Shown: positions 18,035 to 27,442, numbered from the stretch's first letter. The stretch: 32,000 nucleotides of DNA from Oceanidesulfovibrio indonesiensis (GCF_007625075.1 NZ_QMIE01000002.1:155873-187872); one strand, 5' to 3'. Numbers and translations: made by a program. Notes: generated by a model not told the origin, from the sequence alone.

Positions 18035-18115
18035 CAATATGCGAATGCGGTGCTGCAATGAAGAGCAGGCGCCGCCTGCCTCTGCGCTGAACGCTCTGCC
18101 GGACCGCCCGCACCG

Positions 18116-18610
18116 TTATTCGGACGTCGCCCGACCTTTGATGTCCGCCGTGTTCCAGATGCTGTTGAGCCGCCCCTTGTTCGGGTCCTTGTACCAGGCG
18201 ACGAAGTCCTTCATGAGCGCCTTGATCTCGTCGCGTATCTCGCGGACCTTGGCGAGTTTTTCCTCGTGAGAGCCCTCAAGGGTTGACGGGTCCGGGAATG
18301 GCATGTGCAGGCGGTGCGTCATGCCCGGGAAGATGGGGCAACTGCCGCCTTCGGAATCGCTGCACACGGTGATTACGGCGCCGTAGGTATGGCCTTTCTT
18401 GAAGAGCTCGAACACGGACTGGGTCTTTTTGTCCGAAAGATCGACGCCTTCCTCCTCCATGGCCTCGACCACGAGCGGATTGATAACCCCGGGCTCGAAG
18501 CCGGCGCTCTCCGCCGTGATCTCGCCATTCGAGAGCAGTTTGACGTACTCTTCGGCCATCTGGCTGCGTGCGCTGTTGTGAACGCAGACGAACAACACGT
18601 CCTTTTTCAT
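18116..18610 (-). CDS. arsC: Arsenate reductase (LMW-PTP-like ArsC family)
   Basis: MKKDVLFVCVHNSARSQMAEEYVKLLSNG; ITVCSDSEGGSCPIFPG; first gene downstream of acr3 in the minus-strand operon. Confidence 0.9.
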   Translation of the reverse strand: MKKDVLFVCVHNSARSQMAEEYVKLLSNGEITAESAGFEPGVINPLVVEAMEEEGVDLSDKKTQSVFELFKKGHTYGAVITVCSDSEGGSCPIFPGMTHRLHMPFPDPSTLEGSHEEKLAKVREIRDEIKALMKDFVAWYKDPNKGRLNSIWNTADIKGRATSE

Positions 18611-18635
18611 GCGAATACTCCGTAAGGTTGGTATG

Positions 18636-19742
18636 TCAGGTGGTTTCCGGGGCGGGTTTGCAGGCCACATGGCACACCCCGGCTGGCGTCTCCACGGCGT
18701 ACGGGAAGAACCGGCGCTTGAAGAACAGCGCCACGTTCACCAGCCCGATGAGCACCGGCACCTCCACGAGCGGACCGATGACCGCGGCGAAGGCCACGCC
18801 GGAATCGATGCCGAAGACCGCGATGGCCACGGCGATGGCCAGTTCGAAGTTGTTCGAAGCCGCCGTGAAGGAGAGCGTGGTGGACTGCTCGTAAGTCGCT
18901 CCTGCCTTCATCGAAAGGAAAAAGGAGATGAGGAACATGACGAGGAAGTAGATGCAGAGCGGCACGGCGATATGCAGCACATCGAAGGGCAGTTCCACCA
19001 CCTTGTCGCCCTTGAGCGAGAACATGACGAGGATGGTGAAGAGCAGGAACACGAGCGTGAGCGGACTAATCTTTGGGATGAAGACCTCTTCGTACCACTG
19101 CTGGCCCTTCACCCTGAGCCCGATGAACCGGGACGCCATGCCGGCGATGAAGGGGATGCCGAGATAGATGAACACGGACTCGGCGATCTGGCCCATGGAG
19201 ATGTCCACAACCACGCCTTCCAGGCCGAACCAGCCGGGCAGCACGGTGATGAAGACCCATGCATACACCGAGAAGAAGAGCACCTGGAATATGGAGTTGA
19301 AGGCCACAAGGCCAGCGCAGTATTCGCAGTCTCCCTTGGCAAGGTCGTTCCACACGATGACCATGGCGATGCAGCGGGCCAGGCCGATGAGGATGAGGCC
19401 CACCATGTACTCGTGCTGGCCGGAGAGGAAGGTGATGGCCAGAAGGAACATCAGCACCGGGCCGATGACCCAGTTCTGCACCAGCGAGAGCCCGAGCACC
19501 TTGGCGTTGCGGAAGACATGGCCGAGTCGCTCGTACTTCACCTTGGCCAGCGGCGGGTACATCATGAGAATGAGCCCGATGGCGATGGGGATGTTCGTGG
19601 CGCCCACCTGGAAAGCGTTTATCACGTCCTGTACGCCTGGGGCGAGATAGCCGATACCCACGCCCACGAACATGGCGAGGAAAATCCAGAGGGTCAGGAA
19701 CCGGTCGAGGAACGAAAGTTTTTTGATGACGTTTTCGGACAT
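18636..19742 (-). CDS. acr3: Arsenite efflux permease, ACR3 family
   Basis: [81 protein letters not shown]. Confidence 0.96.
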   Translation of the reverse strand: MSENVIKKLSFLDRFLTLWIFLAMFVGVGIGYLAPGVQDVINAFQVGATNIPIAIGLILMMYPPLAKVKYERLGHVFRNAKVLGLSLVQNWVIGPVLMFLLAITFLSGQHEYMVGLILIGLARCIAMVIVWNDLAKGDCEYCAGLVAFNSIFQVLFFSVYAWVFITVLPGWFGLEGVVVDISMGQIAESVFIYLGIPFIAGMASRFIGLRVKGQQWYEEVFIPKISPLTLVFLLFTILVMFSLKGDKVVELPFDVLHIAVPLCIYFLVMFLISFFLSMKAGATYEQSTTLSFTAASNNFELAIAVAIAVFGIDSGVAFAAVIGPLVEVPVLIGLVNVALFFKRRFFPYAVETPAGVCHVACKPAPETT

Positions 19743-19762
19743 TGTTGCTTCCTTTGATGGAA

Positions 19763-20128
19763 TTAATCACATTTCGCGGCGTCTTTCGTTTCGAAATGGT
19801 GACGAAGTCGCGATTCGTCTCCTCGGGCTTCAGGGAAATCGTGCAACGGCGAACCGGGGCCGGTGAGCATCTCCGCCACGCTGCCCGCCAAGTGGGAGTC
19901 CTGCTCGGCAAGGCGGTAGTACATCCACTTGCCGCCGCGCCGGCCGGCAACGAGTCCGGCATGCCGGAGCGTGGCGAGATGACGGGAGACGGTGGACTGC
20001 GGCATGTCCAGAGCGGCCATGATGTCGCAAACGCACAGCTCCCCGTGAGTCAGGCAGCGCAGAATGCGTAGCCTGGTGGGATCGGCCAGAGCCTTGAAGA
20101 AAAATGCGAGGGTTTCCATGTCGTTCAT
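19763..20128 (-). CDS. arsR: ArsR-family metalloregulator with ELCVCD-type motif
   Basis: [73 protein letters not shown]; start ATG 20128 preferred over the longer ORF. Confidence 0.93.
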   Translation of the reverse strand: MNDMETLAFFFKALADPTRLRILRCLTHGELCVCDIMAALDMPQSTVSRHLATLRHAGLVAGRRGGKWMYYRLAEQDSHLAGSVAEMLTGPGSPLHDFPEARGDESRLRHHFETKDAAKCD

Positions 20129-20256
20129 TATAGTATGCGCCTTCCGGGATGGTTCTCTGGAGCGTCGTGCGCTCAAGATGGGCGTGGCACCTGCCGTGGC
20201 TGCAGATACGTGTCCCGCCCACAAGCGCCCGGAGAAGTAAAGCCGTTTATCGCATG

Positions 20257-20284
20257 ATTGTATCCGCTTATGCGGATTTGTCAA
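20257..20284 (-). promoter_or_regulatory. Predicted sigma70 promoter TTGACA-N16-TACAAT with inverted repeat ATCCGC-N4-GCGGAT in the spacer; candidate ArsR operator
   Basis: Minus strand: -35 at 20284-20279, -10 at 20262-20257, inverted repeat 20262-20277, upstream of arsR. Confidence 0.65.
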
Positions 20285-20332
20285 TGGTGTGTGTAAAGAA
20301 AGACGGCCCTCTATGCGAACGCACTTATCGCC

Positions 20333-21226
20333 TCAGCCGACAAAATCTACCAGATACTTCAAAGCCGTAAGAATGACGACGGTGGCGAGCATCCACTTGA
20401 GCGCCTGAGCGGGTACGAACTTCTGGAGGCGGGCGCCGCAGTAGGTTCCGGCCAGCCCGCCGATGCCGAAAAGAAGCCCGAGGACCCAGTCCGGCGCTAC
20501 GGAGAGATGCGGATAGAACGGCGCCAGGGCTTGATAGAACGCCACCCCGGCCACGGACGTGGCGAAGGTCGCCATGAGCGTGACGCCGGCGATGGTGTGC
20601 ACCGGAAGACCGATAATGGCCACGAGGAACGGCGCCATGATCGCGCCGCCGCCGATGCCGTAGGTTCCTCCCAAGATTCCCACGACGAGGCTCAGGGCAA
20701 AGACCGTGCGCGGCGAGCAACTGTACTTTTGGCCCTGGTACTCGTACGCGATGCTCCGCATGCACGTCTGCAGGACGTGGACTCGCGCGGACCGCGCTCC
20801 AGTTTCTCCGGCGCTGTGCTGTCCGCGTCGTTCGGCAAGCAGATTGCGCACCATCCGAGCGCCGATGAGCAGCAAGACCAGAGCGGCGAACGCCTTGAAG
20901 GACGCAGCATCCGGCAGCAAGGCAACCCGGATGATTGCCCCCGCGAAAACTCCGGGCAACGTTCCGGCGAGAACGGTCCAGGCCAGGGGCCAGACCATGC
21001 GTCCTTCGCGCACGTACTGGTACACGCCGCCGGGCGTGGCGACCACGTTGAAGAGCTGGTTCGTGGCGCTTACGGAAGGAGCGGTGTAGCCTAGAACAGA
21101 CATCTGGAACGGCAGGAGCAGAAACGCCCCGGACACGCCGCCCATGGACGTGACCAGGGAGATGCCGAATGCGACGGCGACCGGAATCCAGGGCGCGACT
21201 TCGATGCCCGCGGCTGGGAAGTGCAT
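20333..21226 (-). CDS. TauE/SafE-family (putative sulfite/sulfonate) permease
   Basis: 297 aa; VTSMGGVSGAFLLLPFQMSVLGY, SATNQLFNVVATPGGVYQYVREGRM, GILGGTYGIGGGAIMAPFLVAIIGLPVHTIAG. Confidence 0.88.
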   Translation of the reverse strand: MHFPAAGIEVAPWIPVAVAFGISLVTSMGGVSGAFLLLPFQMSVLGYTAPSVSATNQLFNVVATPGGVYQYVREGRMVWPLAWTVLAGTLPGVFAGAIIRVALLPDAASFKAFAALVLLLIGARMVRNLLAERRGQHSAGETGARSARVHVLQTCMRSIAYEYQGQKYSCSPRTVFALSLVVGILGGTYGIGGGAIMAPFLVAIIGLPVHTIAGVTLMATFATSVAGVAFYQALAPFYPHLSVAPDWVLGLLFGIGGLAGTYCGARLQKFVPAQALKWMLATVVILTALKYLVDFVG

Positions 21227-21418
21227 GCTGATTCTCTATACCTTGGTGGGGGGTATTTCAACCGGCAAAGCAATAGCCTGACGCCATAACGACTGCAGGT
21301 CGGACAGAACCTCGGTCGTACGGGAGCATGGAAGAAGCTTCAGGCAGGAAGATTGTACCGTCGCAGGAGAAGAGGAGTGAGGCGTTTGCCGCTCCAGCCA
21401 ATAGCAACGCAGTGCCCA

Positions 21419-21730
21419 TTAACGCCGCTTGGCGTGCAGGACCGTATCCACGCAATGGAAGAAGTTCAGAACGCACGGAAGCTTGAGGCGGTACCACGAC
21501 CATTTGCCGCGGCGCTCGTCTTCCACGATGCCGGCTTTCTTGAGCTGTGAAAGGTGCTTGGACACGGTGGAGATGTCCGCGCCGACAAGCTCGGTGAGGT
21601 CGCAGACGCACCGTTCGCCGCGCGATAACTCGTCCAGAATGAGCAAGCGGGAAGGATGGGCAAGCGCCTTCATGATGCGCGCGCGTTCCTCGAAAAAGGA
21701 TTTATCGGTCCGGGGAGTGAGGTCGAGCAT
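21419..21730 (-). CDS. ArsR-family transcriptional regulator
   Basis: ERARIMKALAHPSRLLILDELSRGERCVCDLTELVGADISTVSKHLSQLKKAGIVEDERRGKWSWYRL. Confidence 0.88.
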   Translation of the reverse strand: MLDLTPRTDKSFFEERARIMKALAHPSRLLILDELSRGERCVCDLTELVGADISTVSKHLSQLKKAGIVEDERRGKWSWYRLKLPCVLNFFHCVDTVLHAKRR

Positions 21731-21891
21731 GGGCATTCCTGGCATCTGTCGAAGGGATGGTTGCAATTTGCGCCAAATGTAAACGCGTGTCAAACGTTCA
21801 GTTCCTTCCGCTCGAGTGTTGAAACTCCGTGCAGCATAACTGCTGCTCGTGGGCAGGATACGGATGGTTGCCACGGACAGTCGGGCTAATG

Positions 21892-23331
21892 CTACTCCGT
21901 TGCAGGCTTGGCCTTTTCATGTCGTTTGTCCAAAACATTGGACTCGCCCTCCCGGGCCGCCTCGGCGCGGTCCTCCTGTATCTGCTCGTCCAGAAACGTC
22001 TCGCGGCTCACGTCGGCGCGTCGGGCCGACGCAGCGATATCTTCGGGACGTTTAGGCATTTCGTGTTTTTCCTCGGTTGCGACATCTTCACGCAGCAGGT
22101 GTATGTCCTGACGCGGGGCCGGCATGGCTACGCCGGCCGCATCCAGCGCCTCCTTCACGATGCGGATTGCTTCGCTCTGCACCTTGAGAAATTCATGCGC
22201 GCGCTGGTCCACCCAGCCGTGGAAGCGCACGATCACGGCGAAGTCGCTCAGAGACTCCACGCGCATGAACGGTCCCGGATTGCCCATCACGCCAGGCAGC
22301 AATGCCAGGGCCCGGCAACCGATGCGCTGCACCTCGCTCAGGTCCTCGTCGCCGCCGATTCCAACGGTGAAACTGAATCCGCGCAACGGGTTTCGCGTAA
22401 AGTTGATGATTACGCTTTCAAAGACAAAGGCGTTCGGCAGGCGCAAGTGGTTGCCGTCCAGGGTCATCAGCACGAGCTCGCGGGAGTTCATGCGCACCAC
22501 GCTGCCGGCGTGGCCTCCCACGTCCACGAAGTCGTCCACGGTGAACGGAGAGCGCAACGAGAGCAATATGCCGGCCAGATAGTTTTCCATGATGTCGCGG
22601 AAAGCGAACCCCACCGTCAGACCGAATAGGCCGGCCGCGCCGAGCACGGCGCCGGCCACGGCGGTGAGTCCCAATACTTCCAGCGCGGCGAGCAAGCCAA
22701 GGGCGAACACGGCCAGACCGAGGATCCGATGCAGGGAGCTGGCGAGCAGCGGGTTCCTGGTGAACCGACGGCCCACCCCACGCGATCGGGCAAGACCGAC
22801 TGCGAGCAGGACAAAGAGCAGCAGCACGACAAGTGCGATGACCAGGGCCGGGATGACCGCGAGCGTGTTGGACCAGAGCTCGTTCAGCGTGCGCCACAGG
22901 AAGCTGATGCGCGTAGCTGCCGCGGTGTTCAGGGTCACTTCGTCCACCACATGGACAACCCCGTCCAGTTTACGGGCAACCTCGAGGGCGGTTTCGCGAG
23001 TCGCGGCGTCCTCCGCCTCGGCCGAGAGCCAGACAACGCCGTCCTGCACGCGAACAGCCACGGTGTCGACGCCATCCATGCCGGCAAGAATGCGTTCCAG
23101 CCTGGCGCGCAGCGCTTCGTCCTCGGCAGATGGCTCCGCAGGAGCGGAGGGGACGGCATTCGGGTCAGCTGGATCGTCCGTTACCTGCGCCGGAGTATCG
23201 TCAGGCGACTGCGGTTCTGACGGTGTTTGCGCGGCTGTCGCTCCGATACACAGCGTCAGCAGCAGGACCACGGCAAGGGCGAGAACGAGTCCGGAACTGC
23301 AGGGGAGAGGTGTGGTGGCGTGTAGTCGCAT
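21892..23331 (-). CDS. MscS-family mechanosensitive channel with N-terminal BON-like domain
   Basis: Signal peptide; BON-like repeat (DDTVAVRVQDGVVWLSAEAEDAATRETALEVARKLDGVVHVVDEV); MscS core GLTVGFAFRDIMENYLAGILLSLRSPFTVDDFVDVGGHAGSVVRMNSRELVLMTLDGNHLRLPN. Confidence 0.92.
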   Translation of the reverse strand: MRLHATTPLPCSSGLVLALAVVLLLTLCIGATAAQTPSEPQSPDDTPAQVTDDPADPNAVPSAPAEPSAEDEALRARLERILAGMDGVDTVAVRVQDGVVWLSAEAEDAATRETALEVARKLDGVVHVVDEVTLNTAAATRISFLWRTLNELWSNTLAVIPALVIALVVLLLFVLLAVGLARSRGVGRRFTRNPLLASSLHRILGLAVFALGLLAALEVLGLTAVAGAVLGAAGLFGLTVGFAFRDIMENYLAGILLSLRSPFTVDDFVDVGGHAGSVVRMNSRELVLMTLDGNHLRLPNAFVFESVIINFTRNPLRGFSFTVGIGGDEDLSEVQRIGCRALALLPGVMGNPGPFMRVESLSDFAVIVRFHGWVDQRAHEFLKVQSEAIRIVKEALDAAGVAMPAPRQDIHLLREDVATEEKHEMPKRPEDIAASARRADVSRETFLDEQIQEDRAEAAREGESNVLDKRHEKAKPATE

Positions 23332-23488
23332 GGTGGGCGCTCGCTGTAACGATGGAAAGATCGGGTACTGATACGCTGATTATTCTAGCGCATTTTCGAA
23401 CCCAGTGCGAGCTTGCACCGTGCATGCTCTTCCAGCTATAGACCGGGTGCCGCTTCGGCGGTGCAATTCCCTTTTGGAGCCGACGAAA

Positions 23489-24346
23489 ATGGATCTGAAG
23501 AACATCGCCAGACTCCGGGTGACCTGCCCGGACAAGCCCGGCATCATCGCCGCAGTCACCTCGTTTCTGCACCACCACGGCGCGAACATCACCGCTCTGG
23601 ACCAGCACGCCACCGAGCCCTACGGCGGCACGCTCTATCTGCGCCTGGAATTCCAGACTCCGAACCTGGACGTCTCCGGTCCGGCCTTGGAGCGTGCTTT
23701 TCAGGATGTGGTGGCGACGCCGTTCGACATGGCCTGGGACATAACCTACGGCCGAAACACGAAACGCATGGCCATTCTGGTCTCGCGGCAGGAGCACTGT
23801 CTCATGGAGCTGCTCTGGCGGTTCGCGCGCGGAGAGCTGCCCTGCGAGGTGACCATGGTGGTCTCCAACCACCCGGACCAGCGCGAGGCCGTGGAGAATT
23901 TCGGTATTCCGTACCACTACGTGCCCGTGGACGGCGACAAGCCTGCGGCCGAAGCGCGGATGCTTGAAATTCTGGACGGGCAGACCGATCTCGTGGTTCT
24001 TGCGCGGTACATGCAGATACTCTCCGAGTCCTTCGTGGGCCACTTTCCCAACCGCATCATCAACATACACCATTCGTTTCTGCCGGCCTTTGCCGGGGCG
24101 GACCCGTATCGGCAGGCGTACGAACGCGGGGTCAAGCTCATAGGCGCCACGGCGCATTACGTCACGCCTGAGCTGGACGCCGGGCCGATCATTGAGCAGG
24201 ACGTGACTCGCGTGTCCCACCGCCATTCCGTGGAGGAACTGCGCGCCATAGGCCGTGACCTGGAGCGGCAGGTGCTGGCCCGCGCCGTGGCGTGCCACCT
24301 GGACGACAAGATTATCGTGAGCGGCAACAAGACCTGGGTGTTCTAG
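23489..24346 (+). CDS. purU: Formyltetrahydrofolate deformylase
   Basis: N-terminal ACT (RVTCPDKPGIIAAVTSFLHHHGANITALDQHAT), KRMAILVSRQEHCLMELLWR, INIHHSFLPAFAGADPYRQAYERGVKLIGATAHYVTPELDAGPIIEQDV. Confidence 0.94.
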   Translation: MDLKNIARLRVTCPDKPGIIAAVTSFLHHHGANITALDQHATEPYGGTLYLRLEFQTPNLDVSGPALERAFQDVVATPFDMAWDITYGRNTKRMAILVSRQEHCLMELLWRFARGELPCEVTMVVSNHPDQREAVENFGIPYHYVPVDGDKPAAEARMLEILDGQTDLVVLARYMQILSESFVGHFPNRIINIHHSFLPAFAGADPYRQAYERGVKLIGATAHYVTPELDAGPIIEQDVTRVSHRHSVEELRAIGRDLERQVLARAVACHLDDKIIVSGNKTWVF

Positions 24347-24482
24347 CCGCCGTCACATCGCAGTCATTGTCCTGCGGCGGCAGTTGCATGGCCGAGACTT
24401 CGCCATGCGGGGCCGGCGTTCCGAAGCGCGAGCTCACAGAGCCGGCGGTTTTGGGAAACGATAGGGATTCGGTGGTGTCGCC

Positions 24483-26660
24483 TCAGGCGGCTGTTGCGGC
24501 CAGACGCTCTGAAATGCGCTCCAACGCGGCTGCGAGCTCTTCCGCCTCCACGGGCTTGGCGAGGTAATCGTCCATGCCGGCTTGCTTGAACTCCTCCTCG
24601 TCGCCGGGCATGGCGTACGCCGTCATGGCGATGATGGGGATATCGGTGGGGAAGCCGCCTGTTGTATTCTCACGGATGGAACGAGTGGCTGACACGCCGT
24701 CGAGCTTGGGCATGTGGATGTCCATGAACACGGCGTCGAAGTGCTCAGTGGCGAGCAGCTGCAGGGCTTCTTCGCCGTCCATGGCTTCCCTGGCGTCGTG
24801 TCCGAGCTTTTGCAGCAGGCGGACGGCGTAGAAGCGGTTGACGGTTTCGTCCTCCACAACGAGGAGTTTGAGCGGCCGTTCCGACAGCTCCTGGGGTTGC
24901 GAGGGCTGATGTGCCGGGGCTGTTCGTTCGTCTTCAACCCGCTTCAGAAACACATTCACGTGGACGTCCGTGCCGCGTCCCGGCTCGCTGTCCATCACCA
25001 GCGAGCCGTCCATCATCTGCACAAGCCGTCTGACGATGGTCAGACCGAGCCCAACTCCGCCAAAACGCCGCGTGTAGGAACTGTCCGCCTGGGTGAAGGA
25101 GTCGAACACCTCGGCGAGCTTCTGGTCCGGAATGCCTATGCCCGTGTCGCTGATCATGAAATGGACAGGCACGCGCGCAGAGTCCGTGGCGAACGGCACG
25201 GAGATGTGCAGGACCACCTCGCCGGATTCGGTGTACTTCACTGCGTTGCCCACGAGATTGAAGAGCACCTGGCGCAGCCGGCCGGGATCGCCCTGGAGTA
25301 TTTTCGGTACATGCGTGTCAATCTCATACCGGAAATCCAGCCCCCTGATGGTTGCTTCCTTGCTGTAGGTGTCCACCACCGGCGCGACGACATCTGTCAG
25401 CTCGAACTCCTCGTCGGCCAACTCGAATTTGTTGGCCTCGATGCGAGAGATGTCGAGGATGTCGCTCAGGATGCGCAAGAGGTTCTGGCTGGAAATCATG
25501 GCCGTGGCGATGTACTGCCGCTGCTCTTCGTCCAGGGCCGTGGACTCCATGAGCTGGAGCATGCCCATGACGCCGTTGAGGGGGGTGCGCACTTCGTGGC
25601 TCATTGTGGCCAGGAATTCGTTTTTCACCTGATTGGCGATCTCGGCGGCGTCCTTGGCGGTGCGCAATGCCTCCTCTGCGCGTGAACGCTCGGTGAGGTC
25701 CACGCCCATGCAGGTGACCTCGACAATGCGGTCCTTGGAATCCCGGGAAAGCACATTGGACCACGCCACATTCAGTCTGGAGCCGGAGCGGGTGAGTATC
25801 TCGTTCTCGAAGGTTGATAGTTCGCCGAGCTCCTGGCGCGCCATGGTTGTTTCGAACACGTTGCGCACGGTGTCGCGGATGTCCTCGGGAATGAATGTTT
25901 CGATCCAGTCGCTTCCCAAAGCCTCTTTGCGGGTGTAGCCGGTGAGCTCAAGAAAGTAATCATTGGCGAAAGTAAGCTGGCATTTGGTGTCCAGCGAGAT
26001 GCCGATGAGCGGGATATTCTCCAGCACGTGGCGGAATTTGGATTCCGAGCGGGCCAGTGCCTCGGCCGAGCGCTTGCGTTCGGTAATGTCCCGGAAGCTG
26101 GCGAGAAGGTGGAGCTGGCCGTCGTGCCGCATGGGCGTGGCGCGATACTCGAAATGGATGGTGCGGCCGGAACCGACTCTGCCCGAGGTTTCGCCGAACA
26201 GTGCTTCCCCGTGTTGGGCCATGTCCCAGGCGTCCTGGTAGATCGAGTAGAAGGACGAACCGAAGATGTCTTTCGGCCTGGCCTGCAACACTTTTTCCAG
26301 AGGCAGTTGCAGCATCTCGCAGGCCATGGGGTTTGCGTACGCCACGGTGTCGCGGTCGGCGAATATGATCAGCGCGTCGGTGACGTTTTCCACGATGGTG
26401 CGATAGCGCTTTTCGGATTCTTCTTCGCGTTTGTGGGCTTCGACGATGTCGGACATCTGCCGGGCTGCCAGCATATAGATGAGCAGCGCCGAAAAGAGCA
26501 CGAAAAGGAGCCCCTTGAGCATCTGGTACCAGGCGATGGCCTGGGGGACGTCCGACAGCAGGTTGGCGAACAGGTCGGAGAAGATGATCCAGCAACTGCC
26601 CGCAACAGCGTAGAAGAGGGCGACCTTGAACGCGTTTCTGCGGTAAGTGTGGATCGTCAT
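24483..26660 (-). CDS. Hybrid sensor histidine kinase (2 TM, tandem PAS, HisKA, HATPase_c, receiver)
   Basis: NEFLATMSHEVRTPLNGVMGML (H box), YTRRFGGVGLGLTIVRRLVQMMDGSL (G box), KLLVVEDETVNRFYAVRLLQKLGHDAREAMDGEEAL...DAVFMDIHMPKLDG (REC). Confidence 0.94.
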   Translation of the reverse strand: MTIHTYRRNAFKVALFYAVAGSCWIIFSDLFANLLSDVPQAIAWYQMLKGLLFVLFSALLIYMLAARQMSDIVEAHKREEESEKRYRTIVENVTDALIIFADRDTVAYANPMACEMLQLPLEKVLQARPKDIFGSSFYSIYQDAWDMAQHGEALFGETSGRVGSGRTIHFEYRATPMRHDGQLHLLASFRDITERKRSAEALARSESKFRHVLENIPLIGISLDTKCQLTFANDYFLELTGYTRKEALGSDWIETFIPEDIRDTVRNVFETTMARQELGELSTFENEILTRSGSRLNVAWSNVLSRDSKDRIVEVTCMGVDLTERSRAEEALRTAKDAAEIANQVKNEFLATMSHEVRTPLNGVMGMLQLMESTALDEEQRQYIATAMISSQNLLRILSDILDISRIEANKFELADEEFELTDVVAPVVDTYSKEATIRGLDFRYEIDTHVPKILQGDPGRLRQVLFNLVGNAVKYTESGEVVLHISVPFATDSARVPVHFMISDTGIGIPDQKLAEVFDSFTQADSSYTRRFGGVGLGLTIVRRLVQMMDGSLVMDSEPGRGTDVHVNVFLKRVEDERTAPAHQPSQPQELSERPLKLLVVEDETVNRFYAVRLLQKLGHDAREAMDGEEALQLLATEHFDAVFMDIHMPKLDGVSATRSIRENTTGGFPTDIPIIAMTAYAMPGDEEEFKQAGMDDYLAKPVEAEELAAALERISERLAATAA

Positions 26661-26791
26661 GGGCAATTTCGCCTGGAGTTAGGGCACTGTAAAGTACGCC
26701 ATACTCATGACTATACATGGAATAGGAGACGACGCAAAGCGAATTGGAATTTTCGTGTAGGCGAGGAGCGGATATTGTTCACAGGAATGGG

Positions 26792-26817
26792 AAAAAGCGG
26801 GGGTGGAGCCCCCCCGC
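26792..26817 (-). terminator. Rho-independent terminator downstream of the yqaE-like gene
   Basis: Minus strand GCGGGGG-loop-CCCCCGC-TTTTT. Confidence 0.85.
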
Positions 26818-26829
26818 GAAATGCACTGA

Positions 26830-26991
26830 CTATTTCTTGGCAATGATCCAGATGGCGTGGACCAGCCCTGGAATGTAGCCGAGCAGGGTCAGCAGGATGT
26901 TGATCCAGAAGTGCTTGCCGATGCCCACCTGCAGGAAGACGCCAAGGGGCGGGATAATGACGGAAAGAACGATGCGGATGAAGTCAGCCAT
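26830..26991 (-). CDS. YqaE/Pmp3-family small membrane protein
   Basis: Translated directly: MADFIRIVLSVIIPPLGVFLQVGIGKHFWINILLTLLGYIPGLVHAIWIIAKK (53 aa). Not in the ORF track because of its length. Confidence 0.95.
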   Translation of the reverse strand: MADFIRIVLSVIIPPLGVFLQVGIGKHFWINILLTLLGYIPGLVHAIWIIAKK

Positions 26992-27201
26992 GGTCAGACT
27001 CCTTTGCTGGGATGATTATCGGGTGAACCCTGCAAGCATAGCACATCGGCGCGTAATGGAAAGGCGTTACGCCGTGCAGAACGGCGGGCAGCGCCATGCG
27101 CTGCGCCTGTCAGATCGCTCCTGCTCCCCATTGCCTGCTCCGAAGGGTTGACAAAGCATGGTGGATAAGCGCATGTGATACAAAACGTACGAGAAAGACG
27201 A

Positions 27202-27333
27202 ATGATGTTCCCGACCACGACCTGCCACCCGAACCGCCCCGCCGGCCTTCTGGCCGCGCTATCCGGCGTGCTCCTCGTAGTAGTAGTCGTAGTAGGCAAT
27301 GGTGCGTCGCGCCGTCGGGAAGCGTGTTCCTAG
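27202..27333 (+). CDS. ivbL: ilvB leader (attenuator) peptide, 43 aa, with LLVVVVVVGN
   Basis: MMFPTTTCHPNRPAGLLAALSGVLLVVVVVVGNGASRRREACS*; valine run encoded largely by GTA; resembles the E. coli IvbL VVVVRVVVVVGN run; followed by a terminator hairpin and an ilvB-like gene. Confidence 0.88.
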   Translation: MMFPTTTCHPNRPAGLLAALSGVLLVVVVVVGNGASRRREACS

Positions 27334-27357
27334 ATCGTTCTCACACACGGAATCAAC

Positions 27358-27396
27358 GAGCCCCCGTCGGTACGCGCCGGCGGGGGCTCTTTGTAT
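27358..27396 (+). terminator. Attenuator terminator of the ilvB-like gene
   Basis: GAGCCCCCGTCGG-TACGCG-CCGGCGGGGGCTC followed by TTTGTATT; 13-bp stem with one G.T pair. Confidence 0.88.
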
Positions 27397-27442
27397 TCCT
27401 CACCGGCGCATGCGGGAGCCAGACCAAGCCAGGAGGCGCCAC

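Noticed and set aside
18609-19757. 382-aa + strand ORF antisense to acr3
   Set aside because: Composition ([13 protein letters not shown]...) is typical of antisense to a membrane protein; acr3 is conclusive.
20129-20284. N-terminal extension of arsR to 20284
   Set aside because: The extension would overlap the predicted -10/-35 and inverted repeat and has no ArsR-like residues; ATG 20128 fits family length.
27148-27182. Possible promoter for ilvB leader (TTGACA at 27148-27153)
   Set aside because: The -35 is perfect but no convincing -10 at 16-18 nt spacing, so I did not annotate it as a feature.
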